Positions 18,927 to 29,270 of a DNA stretch of 32,000 nt are shown one piece after another (the stretch's first letter is position 1; each line of letters starts with the position of its first letter). This DNA is from Candidatus Saccharimonadota bacterium (GTDB lineage Bacteria; Patescibacteriota; Gracilibacteria; BD1-5; UBA6164): positions 270,001 through 302,000 of the forward strand of contig OZ245922.1 of assembly GCA_965229705.1 (NCBI GenBank), in the 5' to 3' direction. The notes beneath the pieces were generated by a model. It was given only the letters and a program-made list of their open reading frames with translations. It was not told the origin of the DNA and did not search any database. Position numbers and translations under genes: made by a program.

Positions 18927-20165
18927 CCTAACTAAAGGTTGCATTTTATTTCTGAGCTTCTCTTTGACTCGTTCTATTATCTGCCGTATTCTTTCACGAC
19001 TTACTCACATATCGTCCCCAATTTTTTGCAGGGTATGTTCCTCTATGTTCCCAATACCATAGTATAAGCGTATTATTCGTTCTTCATGAGGATTAAGTTT
19101 TCTTAGTGCTTGGAGAATTATCTGCCGTTGTTCTTCAGATATCATAGCGATATCAAAACTTTCAATCTTTTGATCAGGGATAATATTTCTATACTGAACC
19201 CCATCAGGTATATCATCTCTCACAGGACCATCTATATTTACTCATTGAAATGTCTCTATTTCAAGAGCTATTTGTATCTTTTCTATTGATACCCCAGTTT
19301 CCTCTTTAATTTCACTGAGAGAGGGGAACCTGTTATAAAGAGTTTTATATTTCCTTTGTACTTGTTTTATTCTTTGCAGGTTCCGATATGCTTGTGGAGA
19401 AACTTTTATCATACTTTCTCTTCATCTGAATAATTGTAGTATGTATACCTTTATCCACCATCGAGTATAGGTACTCAGTAGATTTCCTGTTCTGTAGTCA
19501 TATGTTTCTAGAGCTCTCATAAGTCAGAGAGCTCCTTCTTGTATAAGTTCTTCTTTTTCTATATTTTCGCTCTTATACTTGCTTGCTATTTTTGCAACAA
19601 GACGGAGATGACTCCTTACCATAGGCTCTTTCTTCTGTCGTATTTCGCTCTCTTTTTTCAATATCTTTTTGAGAAATCATATAGTTTCGTCATAAGTTCC
19701 AGTAAATATTTCAGAAGTTTTTTCTGATGAATCACTCAGAAGGTTTTGGAGTGCTGTTTCGTAATGAGAAAAACATTTTTGGAGAAAATCTGTATGAAAT
19801 ATTACTTGCATACATATTGCTTGAAAATTGTTTATATTTTCTTGATTTGGAGAGTTTTGAGATATATGAACCGTGATATCTTTCAATTTTTTGAGAACTC
19901 ATAACTTTTCTTGTATATCTTGAGATACTTCTCCATTTTCACTATATATTTGAAAGAAGTAATTTTTGTAGCTCGGAGGATTATTTATAACGATATTACA
20001 CATTTTTATGACTGCTGAGAGAAACAAGGGGCTCTGAGCAAGTAGCTCAAATAGTTCATACTTGAGATTTTCTATTTGCATAAATGCTTCCCTTACTTTT
20101 TCATGAGGCATCTCTTTCATCTGGAATATTTTTGTAATATAATCGTGTGAGAGGGTGTTGTTCAT
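18912..20165 (-). CDS. rpoD: sigma-70 family RNA polymerase sigma factor (probably primary)
   Basis: 417 aa, frame verified across all pieces. Region 2: HLRLVAKIASKY...[33 protein letters not shown]. Region 4: EERIIRLYYGIGN..HTLQKIGDDM-G-VSRERIRQIIERV. The N-terminus is divergent. Confidence 0.85.
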
Positions 20166-20203
20166 AAGTTTTTTGAGAGGATCGTAAATTGTAATATGAG
20201 GTA

Positions 20204-20231
20204 TTTATATAAATTTATTTAATATAGTCAA
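20204..20231 (-). promoter_or_regulatory. sigma-70-type promoter for the sigma-factor gene
   Basis: On the minus strand: ATATTGACT, a 16-nt spacer, then TATAAA, about 35-60 nt upstream of the ATG at 20165. Confidence 0.45.
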
Positions 20232-20280
20232 TATATATTATATATAATATTTGATTTTAGTATTATATGATGTTTATCAT

Positions 20281-20421
20281 TTAAGAAAGCTCTGAGGAAC
20301 TCCTTTTTTCTCTCTTTTCAAAAAAAGAGAAGAATCTATTTTCCCCTCCCTTATCAAGGGAAGGGTTATATATTCTAGAGATGGCTCGATAGAGCTAGAG
20401 AGGATTAGAGAAATCGCTTAA
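20281..20421. repeat. MITE-like repeat, type I, inverted orientation with about 45-bp internal insertion
   Basis: TTAAGAAAGCTCTGAGGAAC...hairpin...GATGGCTCGATAGAGCTAGAGAGGATTAGAG is the reverse complement of the 869-973 core. An extra hairpin CCCCTCCCTTATCAAGGGAAGGG is inserted. Confidence 0.65.
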
Positions 20422-20452
20422 AAGAGGAGTCGTGAGAGATATATGATCATAA

Positions 20453-21091
20453 CTACTGGATTATTTCCTTTTGTAGAAAAGCAAGCGCGTTCATCAGATC
20501 AAGTTCTTGAGTAACTTCACTTGCATATTCGATATATTGTACTTTCTTGTCTTCATCAAGTATCATAATGCTGCGAGTCAGAAGTCCATACTCCTCTAAC
20601 AAGAGGCCATTTTGCTTTCAAAATTCTCTGCTTCTTGCATCACTCAGGGTATGAAGATTGCGAATCTTGTTTGCAGAACAAAATCTTTGCAGAGCAAAAG
20701 GAGTATCGTTGGATATCACGACAAAGTGTATATCTGTGAATTCACCAGCAGCAAACTCAAGCTGCTTTGTCTGCATAGTACACACTGGAGTATCCAGTGA
20801 CGGAACAGTCTCGAGGACAATAATTCAAGGAAAATTAGCAAGAGAAGTCGTCTCAACTTGATCAAAATAGTCAGCTCTTTTATCCAACACGGTATCCTGA
20901 ATATTATCTCATATTTGGAGCCTGTCTCATGATAATTGCACCTGTTTGCCAGAAACAGTAATAGGGTCTGTGTTATCAATAGTGACATAGTTATCTGGAA
21001 TAGCAAAAGACATCGGGTGCTCATCTGAAAACAAACTACATGATGCAAGAAATATTACTGATACGCAGGCAAGGAGTATTTTTATAGACAT
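20453..21091 (-). CDS. tpx: thiol peroxidase (Tpx, atypical 2-Cys peroxiredoxin) with lipoprotein signal
   Basis: 212 aa. MSIKILLACVSVIFLASC lipobox. VPSLDTPVCTMQTK peroxidatic Cys and ISNDTPFALQRFC resolving Cys, the classic Tpx motifs. Confidence 0.85.
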
Positions 21092-21281
21092 ATATATTAA
21101 AAATAAGAATTACAAGAATGAACTATAAGAATATAATCTTAAATTTTTATGAAGAAAGTTTTTTTTGAAGATGTTATTTGCAAATACAAATGTCATCTCA
21201 TCTGAAATTTTGAAATTTTTCATATTTTTTTACAATATTCCCCAGACACTCCTCGACTTTATATTTTTATGACTCTCTACA

Positions 21282-21614
21282 ATGGCAAATAGTCACGGTC
21301 TTACTTCTCGAATTATTAAAAAACAGGCAGCTGCAAGAAAGCTCGCAAAAAATAAAAAGAAATCTTTTCAGGTCTATATCTGAAATGAAAATCCCCAAAC
21401 ACGAAAAAACCAGAGCTATAAATCCCGCAAACACTATCTCGAAAACAAGCAAAATTTCCCAAAAAAGAAACTTAAGACAAAAAATCCAGAATCACTCATA
21501 GAGCAGGGAATTATTGATGAGAGAGGATTTTTTGTAAAAGGAAAAAAGAAAAATTTTCTCACCAAATCAATGGTAGATCAAAAAGGACTCGACTTTTACG
21601 GAATGCCAAGATAA
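21282..21614 (+). CDS. hypothetical lysine-rich basic protein (110 aa)
   Basis: ATG at 21282 to TAA at 21612-21614, one TGA. MANSHGLTSRIIKKQAAARKLAKNKKK... Ends 3 nt before rsmE. No family recognised. Confidence 0.45.
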
Positions 21615-21617
21615 GCC

Positions 21618-22349
21618 ATGCAACGAATCTATCTTCCACATATTCCTCTCAAAGAACATCTTGTTATACAAGAGAAAGATATATACCACCAAATAACTCG
21701 AGTAATGCGAGCAAAAGTTGGTCAAAAATATATCTTTTTTGATGGAAAAACTTTGAGAGATGTACTCTATGAAATACAAGATATAACTCGCAAGAATATT
21801 TCACTGAAAAAACTCTCTGAACAAAAAAAGAGTGCAGAGCCTAAGATCCATCTTACAGTGTTTCACGCTCTACCGAATAATATGTCAAAAATAGAGATCA
21901 TTATCCAAAAGTGTTCAGAACTTGGTTATAGAAAAATATGTTTTTTTTCTTCTCATAGAAGCCAAAAAATACATATTTCAGAAAACAAAAAACAAAGATG
22001 TTATAAAATCGCTATTGAAGCAGTAGAACAATGCTGAGGAAATATTATCCCCCAGCTAGAGTTTTGCTGAGATTTTCACGATATTCAAAAAAAGAGTTTA
22101 TATGATCTCTCTATAGTATGTCATCCATATGGAGAAACAACAAAAAAAATATCTCATATTTGAGATATTTCTTGAAAAAAACTAGCAATTTTTGTCTGAC
22201 CTGAATGAGGATTTACTCCCGAAGAAGTAGCAGAATTTTCTCTGAAAAATACTATTTTTGTATATCTTTGACCTCGAATTCTTCGTCTGGAGACGGTTGC
22301 TCTACTTGTTGCTTTTTTCCTCTCTGAGCGTGAGAATATTTCCCCGTAA
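21618..22349 (+). CDS. rsmE: 16S rRNA (uracil1498-N3)-methyltransferase
   Basis: 243 aa. MQRIYLP...HQITRVMRAKVGQ, LPNNMSKIEIIIQKCSELG, V-G-PE-G-GFTPEE and L-G-PRILRLET are RsmE hallmarks. Confidence 0.88.
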
Positions 22350-23430
22350 ACTTTGCCTGTTTCTTGGTTGTATGAAGAGTGTGTATACAAGATGTGAGGG
22401 AATGAATTTTTTTTCAAATGACACAGACAAATATATATATATCATAGAAAAAAGGAAATCTATACCCAGGAATATAGGTATTTCCCTGATGATAAAAAAG
22501 AGCAATAATGAGCAGAAGTATGACTCAAGGATTATATGATGAGAGTATAAATACGATAATTCCGATACTCACTATACTGATGATATTGATAAGAGAAGTT
22601 TGAGAAAGGGGCATTTTATTTTTTGATTTTGTCGCTGACGTTTTTTGTAGAGCTTGATATTGCTCTCTCTCATAAGATTTTTTCTCTTGGTATATGTCTT
22701 GAAAATATAAAAATTTTTGTTTTTTTGAAAAATAATGAACAGTATATGCACACAAAACTTGGCAATACAGGTGGATATCTTCTATACTTGGAATTTTATC
22801 AGACTTGATACTCGTAATACTTCCATCAAATACCAAACGCACACTTTGAAAAACCACATAGATAATATACAGGAGAAAGAGAAAACTAGAGAGAGAAACA
22901 TACCCAAAAGAAAAAATCGCAATACACAAAAGACTCACAAGAGTTTGCAAGACACATATGTCTCTATAATGAGGGAGTGAGAGGTTTTGCTGTGCATGGA
23001 GATATCAAATAGCAGGAATATGAGCGAATATGAGTTCCTTTTTCTGCTGTTCACTAAATTTTTCTCCATGAGAAAATTCTAAATGCTGTCCTGATGAGTG
23101 CTGAAAGAGTGACAATAAAGAGACTTTCCTTCACTTATGAGCTTGAAGCATAGACCATAAAATCATGGAGAATATTCACAAACACAGAGCAATAGTGAGT
23201 ATATCATTGATACTGTAGCTAAGAAATACTTTCTGAGTGAGAAATGAAAAGCTCATAGTATATAAGACCAGTAGTAAAACTGAGTGGAGTATCGTAGCGT
23301 TAAAAATATGATGCCTGACGAAACGATTTTGAAACTCTGGCTTGTTATTGATAAGAAAAAAGAGACATATACATACCATAAAATATGATACTACAGCGTT
23401 TCATATGATTTTTTTGTTGGGTGTTTCCAT
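22252..23430 (-). CDS. hypothetical multi-pass membrane protein (3' boundary uncertain)
   Basis: One table-25 frame is open from ATG 23428-23430 (alternative ATG at 23379) to TAG at 22252-22254. Segments FVRHHIFNATILHSVLLLV and LIFAHIPAI-G-YL vaguely recall DUF4870-type proteins. The last 98 nt overlap the rsmE 3' end. A TGA at 22525-22527 would give a tidier end. Confidence 0.4.
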
Positions 23431-23541
23431 AAAATCTTTTTGACAAAAGAGATAGATATTTAGAGTATAGCATACTCTTGAGGGAGAGACGAGTATTATT
23501 TCTTGAGTTTTTTCTGATTTTTTGTAGGATAATATATAATT

Positions 23542-24129
23542 ATGAAAATCAAAGATGCGTCTTTTGTAAAAGCGATTTCTATCAATGATAGTAAAGTATT
23601 TTTTGAGTCTCGAAATGAGGTGGTTTTTGTAGGGCGTTCAAATGTATGAAAGTCAAGTTTAATGAATGCGCTTATGAACAAAAAAGATCTTGTGAAGACG
23701 AGTAGTACTCCGGGAAAGACTCGTACGGCAAATATGTTTCTTGTAAATAAAAAATACTATTTTACAGATTTACCTGGTTATGGATTTGCAAAGCTTGGGC
23801 AGGAACTTCGAGAAGATCTTGATGCACTGATTTCTTGGTATCTTGAGGAAAAACAGCATAGTATCAAGCAAGTAGTACTGGTATGTGATGGAAAAATCTG
23901 ACCACAAGCATCAGATAGAGATATGTATGAGTATATTTCAGATTTAGGTCTTTGAGTATCTGTGATACTTTCAAAGGTTGATAGGCTCTCGAAAAATGAT
24001 ATTGCACAGTCCAAGTTTCACGCGGAAAAGACTTTTTTTGGTGCAAGGGTTATCCCTGTCTCTTCTTCAAAACTTATAGGTATTGGTGAGCTGAGTAAAG
24101 TTTTGGGAGAAGCTCTGAAAAGTTTATAA
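23542..24129 (+). CDS. engB: ribosome biogenesis GTPase EngB/YsxC/YihA
   Basis: 195 aa. G1 GRSNV-G(TGA 23647-23649)-KSSL, TPGKTR, DLPGYGFA and SKVD motifs. Confidence 0.9.
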
Positions 24130-24135
24130 GTTTTT

Positions 24136-25266
24136 TTATATCTTCAGAGGCATAATAACATGTCGAAATTCTCCGGGAAGTGGTTTTTTGCTTCCTTCAT
24201 CTGGAACAGGTAGGAGGAGAAGGGGAGCAAGAGGAGACTCAAATTGTAGAGAAATATGAGTGGTTTCTATTGCTCCAAGAGCTTCAAGGAAATAGGTGGA
24301 GTTTAGTCCGATAACTGCATCTTCTCCGTCAACACTTCCTGTAAGACGAACTTCGCCTTCACCAATTTGCGTTTCAGAAGTCTCGAGGAGTATCCCCGTA
24401 TCAGAGCTGAGACTCATCTTGATAGCATAATTATTTTCTTTTGAGATGAGGTTGATTCTTTTTAGGGCGCTCATAAGATCATTTCTATTCATCACTCATT
24501 TTGTTGCATATCCACTTGGAAAAAAGTTTTTGTAGTCTGGAAAGTTTCCGTTCAAGAGGCGAGAATACATTTTCACATTTCCAAAGAAGAATGCGATTTG
24601 ATTTTCTCAAGAAACAATTCTTACATGTTCCTCATCTGAAAGGATACTCTTAATCTCGAAACACGTTTTTGATGGGATAATTTGATCAAAGGGAGTGCTA
24701 CTTGGACTCTCTAAGAGAGTGGTATATTCAGAAAGACGAAAGCTATCTGTTGAGGCAAAAGCTGCCTGTGAATCGTGAATGTGTACATATATTCCCGCGA
24801 GCGTAGGTCTGATATTTCATTCTGCGCTGGAAAAAAGCGTTTTTTCTATAGAGTTTCGTAATACTTTTCCTGTAAGCGAAAGAGAGAGATCCTCCTTGAC
24901 TGAGGGTATGAGGGGAAATTCTTCGGCAGGGATTCCTTTGATCTTTGTTTTTCCGGTATCACTTTTTATCTCTACAGCGTCACTTCACTTCATTTCGATA
25001 CTGAGTGTATCATCATTTATGAGTCATACATACCCAGAGAAGAGTTTACTTGGGAGTGAGTAGGAACCTTCGGAAGTGATTTTTACATCTTCTTCAATGA
25101 CATATTCTATCGCCATCTCAAGGTTATTAGCAGTGAGGACAATATTTTTGTAGTGTACTTTGAGAAGGATATTTTCGAGAATAGGGGTAGTAGTGATACT
25201 GGCAGTAGCATGAGATACGACATTGAGTGCTTTTTGGAGGGTGCGTGTTTTGATTTCAAATTTCAT
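24136..25266 (-). CDS. dnaN: DNA polymerase III beta sliding clamp
   Basis: 376 aa, frame walked codon by codon. MKFEIKTRTLQKALNVVSHA...TPILENILLKV..., STDSFRLSE and a C-terminal RHVIMPLKI. Confidence 0.9.
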
Positions 25267-25342
25267 AGTATAAATAAGCAATATAAAAAAATACGATTGT
25301 ATTTTCTGCAGAGGAATAAAAAAATCAAGCAGGATTTTTTTT

Positions 25343-25374
25343 TGCTGTTAAAAAGTTGTGCAGGAAGATAAAAA
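25343..25374. repeat. 32-nt perfect direct repeat, copy 1
   Basis: TGCTGTTAAAAAGTTGTGCAGGAAGATAAAAA, identical to 26580-26611. Lies about 78 nt upstream of dnaN on the minus strand. Confidence 0.9.
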
Positions 25375-25445
25375 ATTGCATTTTTTTGAGAAAATAGTAT
25401 GCTTGTGGTTACGAAAACCAAAACTCAATGGTAAAGGAGTGAGTC

Positions 25446-25697
25446 ATGAAAAAGACTTTTTCTCAAACAGAAATCAAAGAAGCAACAAAATTTCTAATTC
25501 CACTTTTCTTAGGGACAATAATCCTTTCGTTTCTTGTAAATTTCTTGTTTATCCAGTTCACTGAAATAGAGGGATTTAAAGACTATTTCCCTGCAAAAGT
25601 AATTGCTACTTACTTTTCGCTAATAGCTTTCTTGTACACTTTTGTACCAAGAGCGAAAAACAGGCTACTTTCATTATATTACTATGATAGAGACTAG
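25446..25697 (+). CDS. small two-TM membrane protein (83 aa)
   Basis: Standard ORF with no TGA, preceded by AAAGGAG 7 nt upstream. This is the only clear Shine-Dalgarno sequence I found in the window. Hydrophobic helices LIPLFLGTIILSFLVNFLFI and VIATYFSLIAFLYTFV. Confidence 0.55.
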   Translation: MKKTFSQTEIKEATKFLIPLFLGTIILSFLVNFLFIQFTEIEGFKDYFPAKVIATYFSLIAFLYTFVPRAKNRLLSLYYYDRD

Positions 25698-25716
25698 CTG
25701 AAAACCTAATCTATAT

Positions 25717-25740
25717 AAAAGGGAGCATTCGCTCCCTTTT
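25717..25740. terminator. bidirectional rho-independent terminator
   Basis: AAAAGGGAGC-ATTC-GCTCCCTTTT, a perfect hairpin flanked by A4 and T4, between the convergent 83-aa ORF and the HD gene. Confidence 0.75.
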
Positions 25741-25802
25741 AGCTTTTGAAGAGTGGATGAGAAAATTCTTACTTCTCATACTCTTCTTAATTTTTATTAG
25801 CA

Positions 25803-26483
25803 TTAGTGTTTTCTCCATTTAGATATTTGAGGTTTAACTTCCATATCTCGCACTATTTCAACTAATTTTTGAGGATTTACTTCAACATCTCTTGCCAGTG
25901 TATCTTTATTTTTTGAAAAGTGAGGATATGCAACTCTTGCTTCATCTGTAAGGAATGGTGTTTCTTCTTTTCCACTTATATCAGTGAGATATTTAAAGAA
26001 GGCTGGTTGGGTATTTCTGAAAAAATCTTCAATCTCTGCATCTGTTATATCTCATTTCTCTTTTATTTCCAAGAAGAGTCTTACTGCACTTTTTACAAAT
26101 CAAGGATAATCTCATCATAGCTTTGATAAATCTGCATCTGCTATCAATTTTTGTTCTGGAATTACTAAATTTCACCTCTCTGTAAAAATGGTTCACATTA
26201 TCAATTCTTGAACTTTTGATATATAAGACTCATCAAATCATTTTTGAGAAAGATAATCTTGTGCTATTTTTGCTGCTCTCTCCTCATCATCTTCTTGTAA
26301 GTATCATTGATGATCTGCATCGTGAAAATATCAAGCTATTCTTCAAGGAGAGACAACATGTCTACTTCCTTCAAGTTTCATCATTGCATTTCAAACATGT
26401 TTTCAATGCACCCAATTATGGTATGGGATTTCTTGATAAGTTTTAGCTATATCTCTACGAAACATTTCGATTTGACTTGGCAT
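25803..26483 (-). CDS. HD-superfamily metal-dependent phosphohydrolase
   Basis: 226 aa. YHNWVH-G-KHV and IA-G-YFHDADH form the H...HD signature, with about 12 TGA-Gly codons. Both ends checked by coordinates. Confidence 0.7.
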
Positions 26484-26514
26484 AATGAATTATTTAATAA
26501 AGTAATGATATTAT

Positions 26515-26543
26515 ATATATTAGTATTATATTAAATAAGTCAA
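26515..26543 (-). promoter_or_regulatory. candidate promoter for the HD gene
   Basis: On the minus strand: ATATTGACT (-35 at 26538-26543), a 17-nt spacer, then ATATAT. The context is very AT-rich, so this is weak evidence. Confidence 0.3.
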
Positions 26544-26579
26544 TATTTTCTTAAGTTTTCTACTTTTTCTCGTTTCTCC

Positions 26580-26611
26580 TGCTGTTAAAAAGTTGTGCAG
26601 GAAGATAAAAA
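26580..26611. repeat. 32-nt perfect direct repeat, copy 2
   Basis: Identical to 25343-25374. Lies about 98 nt upstream of the HD gene on the minus strand and just downstream of the priA fragment. Confidence 0.9.
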
Positions 26612-26642
26612 TTTGTGTTTGCTCTCTTTTGTCTTGTATATT

Positions 26643-27704
26643 TTATGAGTTAAACGCAATACTCAGTCGTCACTCTCTGAGTATTAGAGGACGAATATTT
26701 TCCAAAAGTTCTCTCAGCCGAGGTCACTTGATAATCAAACTTGCATGATACTGATTGTTTCTCTTTTGACACGAAGTTCCTGCTAAAAACTGTATATCAT
26801 CATGAGCATACTCCTTGAGAGTTGTTTCAAGTTTCTTGAGGAAGGCAAGTGACTTCTGACTTTCCTTTGAACGATATTCGATTTTTACATATTCTCAGAA
26901 AGGAGGATATATAAAATCCTTTCTTTCCTGAAGCATATAAGAAAGAAAATCTTTAAAATTTCACTCAACAAGATATGAAATGAGTGTATTTTTGGGAATG
27001 AAACTCTGGAAGATGATGTCTGTTTTTTGACCCTTTCGGTTTCATCTCCCTACTAATTGCCGAAGATTACTATAGGCTTTTTCAAAGGCGTTATAGCTTG
27101 GATGCTGCAGCTCACTCTCAGCAAGTATTACTCCAATACATCATATCTTTTCAAAATCAAAACCTGTAGTAATCATCTTGGTTCCTATGATAATATCAGC
27201 ATTTTTTAGGTCTTGTATTGCAGAGCGTTTTTCGGAAATAGTTTTGATATTATCAGAGTCAAAACGGTAGATAATGGGAGCGTGTCTTCATGCACTTAAC
27301 TGCGTTTTTCAATCATGACTTTCATTGTTAAGGAAGCGGTGAGTATCATGAGAAAAATATTTTCTTAAGACATCTTCAATTTGCTGCGTTCCTACACCAA
27401 TATTTTCAAGATTATTTCCCTGACATTTTGGGCAAGAAAGCGGCAAGGAAAAACTGCTCTGACACATATGACACTTGAGATGATGAGGGTGTTGATGTAC
27501 ACATAGAGAACTGTCACAATTTACACATTCAAATAGATAGTGGCAGTCCTGACATACCAAACTTGAATAAGACCCACGCTTGTTAAGGTATAGAATCGTT
27601 TTTTCTCATCTTGAGAGTGACATTTCTATCCCGTCTAAGAGAGTCGATGAAATATAGGGAGATATTTCACAGCGGTCTTGAGAGAGATCAATAACAGAAA
27701 ACAT
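26643..27704 (-). CDS. priA: primosomal protein N' (PriA) C-terminal half only
   Basis: 353 aa (alternative ATG at 27746). ILYLNKRGSYSSLVCQDCHYLFECVNCDSSLCVHQH..LKCHMCQ...CPKCQG is the Cys-rich zinc region. GVGTQQIED, IIGTKMITTGFDF and RQLV-G-R-G-NR mark helicase lobe 2. No Walker A or DExH lobe. An in-frame TAA at 27750-27752 and dnaJ at 27779 bound it upstream. Confidence 0.8.
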
Positions 27705-27778
27705 TGTATTGCTTTTTAAAGGACTTTTTTTATACTTCGCGCGCATATTTTAGTAGATTATTTTTAAAAGAAAAATCA

Positions 27779-28882
27779 ATGTCACAAGACTTTTATGAGA
27801 TACTTTGACTACAAAAAGGAGCAAGTGAAGATGATATCAAGAAAGCGTATCGAAAACTCGCTATGGAGTACCACCCAGACAGAAACCAAGGAGACAAAGA
27901 AGCTGAAGCAAAGTTTAAAGAAGTAAACCAAGCATATGCAACTCTCTCTGACAGGGCAAAACGTCAGCAATATGATATGTTTGGAACAGCATGATCTTCT
28001 TGATGAAATCCTTTCTGATGATCATGATTTCAGGCAGAAGATTTAGGAGATATTTTTTCATCATTTTTTTGATGAGGATTTTGATGATCAGCTCGAAAAA
28101 CTCCCAGAGAAACACCATGAGAAGACCTCGAACATGATTTGCGCGTAGATTTGAAGACCAGTATTTATGGATGAAAAGAAACAATTACTTTTTATAAACG
28201 AGAACATTGTAGCTTATGTAATGGAGAATGATGAAGTGGAAAAAAAGAGTGTCACACTTGTAAGTGAAGGGGACAAGTGATTTATACTTCTCAGAGTCCT
28301 TTTTGAGTGATACAACAAACGCGAACATGTCCAGACTGTCAGGGATCATGAGAGGTATTTGAGAGTATATGTTCTGACTGTCAGGGAGAAAAAAGAAGAC
28401 TCATAAAAAAGAACCTTGATATAGATATTCCTGCGGGAATTGATGAGGGGATGATTATCAAGCTTCAGTGAGAAGGAAATGATGGAGTTGGGACAAAGGC
28501 TGCAGGAGACTTGTATATTCATTTTTCTGTAGAGCGTGAAGAAAAGTGACTCACAAGAGATGGAACAGACCTGCATTATGATATAGAGGTAGATGTAGTA
28601 GAGGCAGTACTCGGAACACAAAAAGATATACATATCCCTATTATTGGGAAAAGAAGTGTGAGTATTAGTCCAGGAACACAGGCAGAAAGTATTATGAAAA
28701 TATCTTGAGACGGAGTAAAGCATGTCAATAAAGATACAAAAGGAGACTTACTCATACATATTCATATCCCTATCCCCACAAAACTGAGCAAAAAACAAAG
28801 AGAACTTTTTGAAGAAATGGCAAAAGAGAAAAAACTCAATGTTTGTTCAAAAAAAGGAGTGTTTGAAAAGCTTTTTGGGTAA
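27779..28882 (+). CDS. dnaJ: molecular chaperone DnaJ
   Basis: 367 aa. J domain [33 protein letters not shown]. The G/F linker is encoded largely by TGA runs. Zinc-finger CxxCxGxG repeats (CSLCNGE-G-G, CHTCK-G-RG, CPDCQGS-G). About 21 TGA codons. Confidence 0.95.
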
Positions 28883-28940
28883 GAGTTGATTTTTATAAAA
28901 ATAGAATATAATTCTTATGAGTTTTTTATAAGAAAATATC

Positions 28941-29192
28941 ATGAGTACAGATTTTGAAAAAACGGTTTTACACTTTATTAAACAGCAACAGTCTTTTAAT
29001 AAAAGAATTGAGGAGAAGGTTGATAAGTCTCAATACTTTTTAGAAGAATCTATAGCATCTAATGCAAAATTACTTTTTGAGGAACAAACGAAGCATGATA
29101 GTGAAAATCGGGATCTTGACAATCAATTTACCTCTTTAGAAAGTGATATGAGAGAAATGAACTTACAAGTAGGCAAATTACAAGCAACATAA
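28941..29192 (+). CDS. hypothetical coiled-coil protein (83 aa)
   Basis: Standard ORF ending in TAA. A charged heptad-like sequence followed by a terminator. No family recognised. Confidence 0.4.
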   Translation: MSTDFEKTVLHFIKQQQSFNKRIEEKVDKSQYFLEESIASNAKLLFEEQTKHDSENRDLDNQFTSLESDMREMNLQVGKLQAT

Positions 29193-29210
29193 TACTTTCA
29201 AAAAAAATAA

Positions 29211-29249
29211 AAATAGCTAAGATGCAGATGTAATTCTAGCTATTTTTTT
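29211..29249 (+). terminator. rho-independent terminator
   Basis: 9-bp stem AAATAGCTA / TAGCTATTT with a 17-nt loop, then a T-run. Confidence 0.55.
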
Positions 29250-29270
29250 ATATTACAAGAAAATCATACA

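Noticed and set aside
21149-21292. A 47-aa plus-strand ORF upstream of the lysine-rich protein gene.
   Set aside because: It is short, has no recognisable features, and overlaps the next gene's start. This is insufficient evidence for a gene.
25267-25445. A replication origin next to dnaN.
   Set aside because: dnaA is not adjacent, and I found no cluster of TTATCCACA-like boxes. Only isolated partial matches occur, inside coding regions.
27779-28882. Translation table 4 (UGA = Trp, Mycoplasma-type) as the explanation.
   Set aside because: TGA falls at glycine positions in the DnaJ G/F region, the CxxCxGxG fingers and the P-loops. Trp positions, such as sigma region 2 WW, use TGG.
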